Source: Candidatus Cloacimonadales bacterium (GTDB taxonomy: Bacteria; Cloacimonadota; Cloacimonadia; Cloacimonadales; JAIOQZ01). Taken from it: a DNA stretch of 64,000 nt. Below the pieces are notes generated by a model that worked only from the letters and a program-made list of their open reading frames with translations, ran no database searches and was not told the origin of the DNA. Numbering within the stretch: position 1 is the first letter of the stretch; every line of letters begins with the position of its first letter. A program made the position numbers and the translations under genes. The stretch spans positions 1,024,001 through 1,088,000 of the forward strand of contig CAXXTU010000002.1 of NCBI GenBank assembly GCA_963662655.2. The letters run 5' to 3'. This document shows positions 58,301-64,000 of this stretch, in pieces.

Positions 58301-61300
58301 GCGGAGGACTGCCCCATCTGGACATTCGGAACGCCTTCAGAAAACCAACTTGCCGAGCGCTTCGACGATTCGACATATCCGGACGGCTGGGGCAATCTGG
58401 GCGATTACCTAATCTCCAACACATCCTATCCTGAATCCGGATATTCGGTAGCAGTGGTTTCCGCGTCAATTCCCTTAAGTATCGTTGCGCCAAGGCTTTC
58501 CTTCGACGCGGCCTCGAATCTCGAATTGTACAACAAATCCTACCTGGAGTCCCCCGATCACCGGATTCAGGTCAAATACTCGGCAGACGGCCTGAATTGG
58601 GCCAACGTCGGAGCGGAGATTCAGCTTCCGTCAGGTACGGACTGGCAAGGCCACTGCATCGATCTCCAATCCCTCGACGGGCAGACCGGTTTCCTGGCGA
58701 TCGAGCACTATTCGGTCGGAGATGTCGGCGGGAATTACATCGACCACATCGTCGGGCCGGAACTCGACGACGGCGCTCCGGCAGTTGCGCATCGATTCTT
58801 CCCCGCGGATGGAGGCTATGCCTTTATCGACGACGTCCTGAGCTGGGAACCCGTTGCCGGCATCGTGGATAGCTACGACGTCTATTTCGGCACTACCGAC
58901 CCGCCTCCATTTGTGCAGAACCAGATCGAAACGTCGTTCGATCCCGATCTGTCTTACGGCCAGGAGTACTTCTGGAAGATCGTACCGAAAAACACTTCAG
59001 GTGAAGCACAGAATTGTCCGATCAAATCCTTCACAACCGTCTCCGAAGGCGCACTGACCGAGGATTTCGAATCGACGACATTCCCACCGCCAGGATGGGC
59101 TTCAAGTGGCTCCGCGTCAAGGGTGACATATTCGAGCTATGTGATTCACGGCATTGCTTCCGGTGGGTTAAACTCGAACCAGAACGGTATGATCATTTCG
59201 CCCAAAGTCCTGATAGAGGAGGACTCGTCTTTCGATTTCTACCTCTATAGCAATGATTATACATCTTCGCAGAAGTTGCTGATCTGTTATTCAGATGACA
59301 TGACAACCTGGCACACACTGGGTGACACAATCCATGTCGAATGGTCCGTGAATTCTAAAAATCCCCATCATATGAATTTTGCTCTTGGATCACTTGCAGA
59401 TTCAATGCCCGGAATATATCTGGCGTTCAAGACCCAAGCGGCGATTCAAACTGCCTATACAATATTCGACCACATCGCTCTACCGAATCCATTCCCGATT
59501 ATACCAGGCGTATCGACCCTCCAACTACCATCGGACATGGCAACGGAGATAAACGAACTCGCCACCTTCTCGTGGAGCGTCGCCACCGGTGGCGGTATCC
59601 CGGAAACCTACAAGCTCTACTGCGATACTTCGCCCGATCCATCGACGCTGATCGCGACCACCGAAGAGCTGTCCTGGACGATGTCCGAGCCGCTGGACTA
59701 TGGCGTGACCTACTACTGGAAGGTCGTGGCGTGCAACATCGCCGGCGAGGGCGAAGACAGCGCAATCCGATCCTTTACCGTGCGAGAAGATCCCACGATC
59801 ACATCCTACCCTTGGACGGAAGATTTCGATACATCTTCGTCGGACTTTCCACCAACCAACTGGACGATGCATAGCGGAGTTCTGGGAAATCCAACCGTTT
59901 TGGGGCAGGACCCGAGCGGCGACTGGGCCAGTCGTGCATGGCTCAACTCAGTCAACGAAAACTTCTACTCCGCCTATGCCTGCATGTACCGCGACACCAA
60001 CGGCTGGCTCATTTCCCCGCCGCTGCAGATCGATAGCGGCGACTACCGAATCAGCTTCGATATGGCCGTGGATATCGAGGGCAATCCCTTCGACGATACC
60101 TGCGTTTTCGCGGTTCTGGTTGGTGACGGAATCTCTTGGTCGACTGCAAACGTCGTGCGACGCTGGGACAATCAGGGCTCGCCCTACAAGTTCTCCGATA
60201 TTACCAATTCGCCGCAGAGCGTTTATCTGCCCATGGGCGAACCCGGCACGAAGCGAATTGCGCTGTATTTCGAATCGGCGAATGATCCCACGAACATTTA
60301 TCTTCGTAACAAGCTCTTCGTCGATAACCTTACCGTGATGGAGAATCCATCCGTGTCACAAACGTACGTATGGCCCGATGAACTGGACCTCGGTTTTGGT
60401 CTGTATGCCCAACCGACTCCAGTGCAGACCGTCACGCTGACCAATACCGGAGGCGTTACGCTCGATATCGCTGCTGAACAGGTATCGTTTACCGGGCTCA
60501 GCGCCAGCCAGTTCCAGCTTGTAACGGGGACGCTGCCAGTCTCTCTGGAGCCATGCCAGAGCGTCGACCTGGAAATCCGTTTGAACTCGACGCAAGCCGG
60601 AGTGAAAACCGCGACGCTGCAAGTTGCCATACCTTCTGAAACGATCGAAATCCCTCTCACAGGAGAAGGGCTCGAATACGGTTTCTCGCGGGTCGGTTCC
60701 GGAACTGATTGGGACGATATTAATCCCATCAATTGTTACAGAAACTTCAATCTGCACGAATGTATCTACTATCCGTCCGAGATTCAAATCGCCAACAAGC
60801 AGATCGAGAAGATCAGCTACTACTGGAACGGCGGTTTGAATGCGGATGATTCCGATGAATGGACAATCTACATGGGTTACACCGACATGGATGCGTTCGA
60901 ATTGTATAATGAGTGGGTATCTTCGGACAGCCTGACACAGGTGTTCACCGGGGAAGTAACTCTTCCAGCGCAGGAAGGCTGGATCGAAATCACGCTCGAT
61001 CAGCCGTTCCTTTACAACAACCAGGACAATCTGATGATTTGTCTGCACGAGCACGCAGAGGGGCACGACTACGCTGGCGGAGGATTTCAGACATCCGAAT
61101 CCAGAACCCGTCGAAGCGTGCACTATGGCCGGGACTACGAAATCGATCCGGCGAACGATATCAGCGGCGACGACTACTACTGGTCCTATCCCAATATCCG
61201 GTTCGAGTTCGAGAGCCCGACGTGCGACACCATCGAACCCGAAATCTCTCATTTCCCCGTTCTGAATACCCCAGTCACCGATCAACCCTACACTGTCTAT

Positions 61301-62386
61301 GCGACCATCGTGGACGATGCGGAATGGAACAGCGGTATCGCGCAAGCGACACTCATGTACCGGACTAACGAATCCGGGTTTACCGCCGTTCCCATGACAC
61401 TGGTGCGCGACGGTTATATAGCCGAGATACCGGCTCAGGCATTGGGAACAGTGGTCGAATACCTGATTGAAGCCATCGACGCCTCTCCCCAGGCCAACAT
61501 GACGATTACCGACACCTACCGGTTTGAGATATCGGATCCATTCGATCTCTTCTACTTCACGGAGACGAATCCCAACTATATCGGCTCCGGCACGGTCGAA
61601 TGGGGCGCTGCGTCCATTTTCGGGAACCCTCTGTACGACACGGGAGTCGCGCTGAAACTCAATGCCGTGGAAGGAGCCAGTTACTATCCCACATCCGGGT
61701 ATCTCAAACTGTACGAGATGGATAGCGAAGGCACTCTGACGTCGATAACCTCACCGATCCCGATCACCTTCAATCAGGGAACCGTACCGCAGTCGTTCCC
61801 GCTCGAATCGATCCAGATCACATCGCCTTACTTGATGGTGATGTTCCAGCTTCCTGCAGTTAACTACTTCCCCATGGATAGATCCGTGTATTACCCGAAC
61901 AACAACTACTTCTACAACGCCTCTTCGGGGACTTTGTACGAACTGGGGGTCATTGGGTACGAGGGTGTCTGGAAAACGACCGTCACGGCCGAAACGGGAG
62001 AAGCGCTGGTCCTGGAAGCGCCAGTGGCATGTATCCAGAGAATGGGCGATGATGTACTGCTTTCGTGGGAACAGGTGATCAACGCTAATTCCTACTGCAT
62101 CTATGCAACGGAGCAACCCGCTATATCCGGGACATGGACGCTGTCCGGTCAAACGGAGTCGATGGAATACCTTTTCTCTGGACTTGCGGAAAGGATGTTT
62201 TTCAAGGTGACAGCATCAAGCGCGTCGCTCGGTAATCGTTATAGAGATACCGGTCTTCGTAAAGCGCACTTTTTACCATCGCTCAATACTCGAGAAGCAT
62301 TACAAACCAGCAATCGAAATAATGAGAATCCAGGGATACAGGAACTCATTATCGGAAGATCTAAATTGAAAAAATCGACGAGATAG
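55322..62386 (+). CDS. Large repetitive secreted surface protein (FN3-like plus cleaved-adhesin/MAM-like tandem modules, ASH/PapD-like domain)
   Basis: Signal peptide, AAGGAG RBS, six repeats of W..SYDVYFGT.NPP..YYWK.VP.N...E.FE...FPP.GW. Confidence 0.85.
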   Translation: MKNLSMIIFFFLIIIPLLSTSYVVAPGTTSSPYSPFSIAYEYGWSRMFYTATDLAEAGLTRPADIIALGFDVNYCNDNIIRTNQSIYMKHTQSTLDTSYPGTSGYTSVFSGTVRAHETGWITIILDAPFAWNGSDNIEILWENHSGASINISFGFSAEYLPYNAYQSSYKRQNGSFPTSAGSSHQALPTVKMFTSIDAIPDIPAFEYPEDGKLAVPDPMMLWHSQGENPPTSWDVYFGTTNPPAFSHNQTNDFYQPSCVAGQEYFWQIVPQNAHGSPSGSPIMSFTIPDESMNFVGFEDTTFPPAGWIFNGNVTRQYHSFNPFLNGNYYAHAYSPSYLVSPKVTVSQGAAFDFSLMGLPSNEVDLLISSNAIDWTDSGLSFSTTEDLVWTQAHVVLSDFLSPGDYYLRLNVDNQEYTYCRLDNIFYPEIAPSPPAPAANLAPEVGETIFGLGSETLSWEPTAGLVESYDIYFGTENPPPFLVNQTAASYTCTDLAANQTYYWKVLPRNEYGVAEDCPVWLFHTPSATQIQEGFESTTFPPAGWNFSGTFNRAYFTNIEGSYCAQLQALPSNTGIMTTPRVEITENSVFDFMAHKQNSSTPAMLQVQYSLDGSQWDVLGEFEDFNSSAYNPTRIQVDLSSIFDPGTQLFLMIKGIPTGTSTTSFYIDRIIGPEVVGGVPGAPSIIGPADRGWLLTNETLRWTSLAGVTDSYDVYFGTTDPPPFIQNQTGTSYLPTVEAGEQYYWKVVPRNSEGELLNCPVYSVRTPTASQLAESFENYPPFPPDGWINQSAFQIWSNPSYAYHGAFITAIRNNTGILITPKLDITATTEFEFYAKNHTPGGEKSIQLKWTVNGSDWYPLGDEIDISYQYEWKRFTFDLAEAAQSHDACYVGIEVDPDYNCGYVMLDHIVGPERVMDPVPEPAVRMFPQENGWMFTDESLEWKSLINVCTSYDVYFGTDNPPPFIQNQTETSFSPTLDAGETYYWKIVPYNENGPAEDCPIWTFGTPSENQLAERFDDSTYPDGWGNLGDYLISNTSYPESGYSVAVVSASIPLSIVAPRLSFDAASNLELYNKSYLESPDHRIQVKYSADGLNWANVGAEIQLPSGTDWQGHCIDLQSLDGQTGFLAIEHYSVGDVGGNYIDHIVGPELDDGAPAVAHRFFPADGGYAFIDDVLSWEPVAGIVDSYDVYFGTTDPPPFVQNQIETSFDPDLSYGQEYFWKIVPKNTSGEAQNCPIKSFTTVSEGALTEDFESTTFPPPGWASSGSASRVTYSSYVIHGIASGGLNSNQNGMIISPKVLIEEDSSFDFYLYSNDYTSSQKLLICYSDDMTTWHTLGDTIHVEWSVNSKNPHHMNFALGSLADSMPGIYLAFKTQAAIQTAYTIFDHIALPNPFPIIPGVSTLQLPSDMATEINELATFSWSVATGGGIPETYKLYCDTSPDPSTLIATTEELSWTMSEPLDYGVTYYWKVVACNIAGEGEDSAIRSFTVREDPTITSYPWTEDFDTSSSDFPPTNWTMHSGVLGNPTVLGQDPSGDWASRAWLNSVNENFYSAYACMYRDTNGWLISPPLQIDSGDYRISFDMAVDIEGNPFDDTCVFAVLVGDGISWSTANVVRRWDNQGSPYKFSDITNSPQSVYLPMGEPGTKRIALYFESANDPTNIYLRNKLFVDNLTVMENPSVSQTYVWPDELDLGFGLYAQPTPVQTVTLTNTGGVTLDIAAEQVSFTGLSASQFQLVTGTLPVSLEPCQSVDLEIRLNSTQAGVKTATLQVAIPSETIEIPLTGEGLEYGFSRVGSGTDWDDINPINCYRNFNLHECIYYPSEIQIANKQIEKISYYWNGGLNADDSDEWTIYMGYTDMDAFELYNEWVSSDSLTQVFTGEVTLPAQEGWIEITLDQPFLYNNQDNLMICLHEHAEGHDYAGGGFQTSESRTRRSVHYGRDYEIDPANDISGDDYYWSYPNIRFEFESPTCDTIEPEISHFPVLNTPVTDQPYTVYATIVDDAEWNSGIAQATLMYRTNESGFTAVPMTLVRDGYIAEIPAQALGTVVEYLIEAIDASPQANMTITDTYRFEISDPFDLFYFTETNPNYIGSGTVEWGAASIFGNPLYDTGVALKLNAVEGASYYPTSGYLKLYEMDSEGTLTSITSPIPITFNQGTVPQSFPLESIQITSPYLMVMFQLPAVNYFPMDRSVYYPNNNYFYNASSGTLYELGVIGYEGVWKTTVTAETGEALVLEAPVACIQRMGDDVLLSWEQVINANSYCIYATEQPAISGTWTLSGQTESMEYLFSGLAERMFFKVTASSASLGNRYRDTGLRKAHFLPSLNTREALQTSNRNNENPGIQELIIGRSKLKKSTR

Positions 62387-62398
62387 ATACGCATCATC

Positions 62399-62424
62399 CA
62401 GCCTGCTCCTCACGGGGCAGGCTG
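62399..62424. terminator. Hairpin between convergent surface-protein genes
   Basis: CAGCCTGCTCC-TCAC-GGGGCAGGCTG; no clear U-tract. Confidence 0.45.
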
Positions 62425-62518
62425 ACAGTCTCGCCCAAGGGCGTCAAACGCCTGAAAGGCAAGATCAAGAAAGAGGCGGAGAAAAATCCTCCCTCCGCTT
62501 AAATAACACACCAGTGCG

Positions 62519-64000
62519 TTAGCGTGTTATCAGGTTCCTGACATCGCCCCAGCGTGTACCACGAAGCGTTTCAACGTCTCGAAGACTTCCAGCTGCACCG
62601 GTGTCGATCACGGTTTCGACCATGTAGAACATGTTGTCGCTGTATTGAACCACCCTGGCGTGCGTGAACGCGCTTTCGGTGGTGAACGTCAGAAAGAGGT
62701 AGTCGCCCTCGGTAGCCTCGGGAGTTTCGCTGTAGAGGATCACGTATCCGTCGGGCGTAATGTTCTGTCCGGCTTCGTTCCGCGTCACCGCGTCCCAAGT
62801 AACCACAGCGTCGTTGCCCTGTAGAGCGAGCTCTACGTTCTGTGGCTCGAGCGGAGCGCTGGAGGTACCGGAGCCAGTCAGGGAAATGTTGAGCGACGGG
62901 GTGTTGTCGGCGTTGGATTCGATAATAATGGCATCCGATTTATCGCCTGTCGAGAGGACGTCGAAAGAGATCAGGATGGAACAGGCTTGATTCGGTTCCA
63001 GCAGCAAAGGCAGACTTACCGCGCCTATGCCGAATCCCCGGTTGCCGTACTGCAAACCAAGCTGATTGATGGTCAAATCGGACGTGCCGGTATTTGAAAT
63101 AATCAACGTGGAAGTCAGTGGCGCTTGCCCGATGTACATGGCGCCGAAGTCGAACTCGATGTCCGAAAAAGAGATCATGCGGATGAACTCCTGCCAGGAG
63201 AGGTAGGGATACCCGTCGTTGAGTGAGCTATCGATGGTCCAGATGTCTTCGGAGCCGTTTACCGTTTCGCCGACGAAATCCCATCCGGCGCTGGTGAAGG
63301 TCGATTGCGTTCTCATCTGGGCGGTTGTTTTCCCGGTACCGCCCTCGCTCGAAGATTGTCCGCTGGTCGTTACATCCCAAAAACTGTTGGTGACATCACA
63401 TTCCAGATTTTCACTAAGCAATCCGCCGATGTAGAAAGTCCCGTCAACTGCTCCGGTCGAATAGCAATCAGTGATCCCGCCGTTGGTAATTGAACCGACC
63501 AATCCACCGGCATAACCGATGCCATCGACATCGGAGGCGGAGTAGCAATTGTCGATGTCAGCGCCCAGCGACCGACCGACCAAGCCGCCGCAGATATATT
63601 CGGCAGAGACAGCGCCCGAAGTGAAGCATTCGCTGATCGTGCCACCCAAGTAGGTCAAGCCGATTAGTCCGCCGACAAGCTCGCTTCCCTCCACATCGCT
63701 TATGGAATGGGAACCGGTCACCTGGCAGTTATCTTCCGCCATCCCCACAAGACCACCGCTGTCTTCACCGCCATGTATGCAGCACATGGAATGGCACTCC
63801 GTTATACTTGTATGGTTGTACGCTTTGCCCAGTAAGCCGCCGCAGTACTGCCCGCCGGTAATCGCTCCGGTAATGTGACAGTTTTGAATGGAGGAATTAC
63901 TGGCATATCCCGCTAGGCCTCCCGTACAATTAGCGCCCGTAATTTGTGCATCCGTCACCCCGAGATTGGTAATACTCGCTCCGTTCAACTTGCCGAACAG
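62519..64000 (-). CDS. GLUG-repeat surface protein with an ASH/PapD-like domain (5' end outside window)
   Basis: Repeated GGLVG/GGLAG motifs, NSFWD..TSGQ..S.GG.GKTTAQM, WDF...NDGYPYL. Confidence 0.85.
   Translation of the reverse strand: MFGKLNGASITNLGVTDAQITGANCTGGLAGYASNSSIQNCHITGAITGGQYCGGLLGKAYNHTSITECHSMCCIHGGEDSGGLVGMAEDNCQVTGSHSISDVEGSELVGGLIGLTYLGGTISECFTSGAVSAEYICGGLVGRSLGADIDNCYSASDVDGIGYAGGLVGSITNGGITDCYSTGAVDGTFYIGGLLSENLECDVTNSFWDVTTSGQSSSEGGTGKTTAQMRTQSTFTSAGWDFVGETVNGSEDIWTIDSSLNDGYPYLSWQEFIRMISFSDIEFDFGAMYIGQAPLTSTLIISNTGTSDLTINQLGLQYGNRGFGIGAVSLPLLLEPNQACSILISFDVLSTGDKSDAIIIESNADNTPSLNISLTGSGTSSAPLEPQNVELALQGNDAVVTWDAVTRNEAGQNITPDGYVILYSETPEATEGDYLFLTFTTESAFTHARVVQYSDNMFYMVETVIDTGAAGSLRDVETLRGTRWGDVRNLITR

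Noticed and set aside
56015..58935. Regularly spaced nucleotide repeats as a non-coding array
   Set aside because: They are in-frame protein repeat motifs about 700-730 nt apart

Overview
Bacterial chromosomal window of moderate GC. Several secreted proteins carry an NxPNPFNP...KMLLLK FlgD-Ig-like C-terminal domain (CTD), which suggests Candidatus Cloacimonadota or a related FCB-group lineage (inference). Gene content in order: NiFe-hydrogenase maturation genes hypFCDEA (no hypB); pepA; a 4.7-kb block of CTD-bearing surface-protein genes bracketed by a duplicated pepA 3' end, including a G9-frameshifted gene and a truncated CTD remnant; glycerate kinase and GntP; a glycan-modification operon with an embedded nadA; zur-znuA-znuC with a palindromic operator; a C39 peptidase with two double-glycine-type precursors; ECF sigma, anti-sigma and a PDZ protein; two tandem patatin-beta-barrel genes; tRNA-Ala(CGC) with a duplicated 3' end; a polysaccharide/heptose cluster; nth-xth; and large repetitive surface proteins. 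The strongest unexplained signals are non-coding. One is a three-copy family of long covarying hairpins with invariant internal loops (24768, 29820, 35814). The other is a near-perfect four-way-junction element (50512-50687). All calls were made by eye from motifs; no database searches or folding programs were run.
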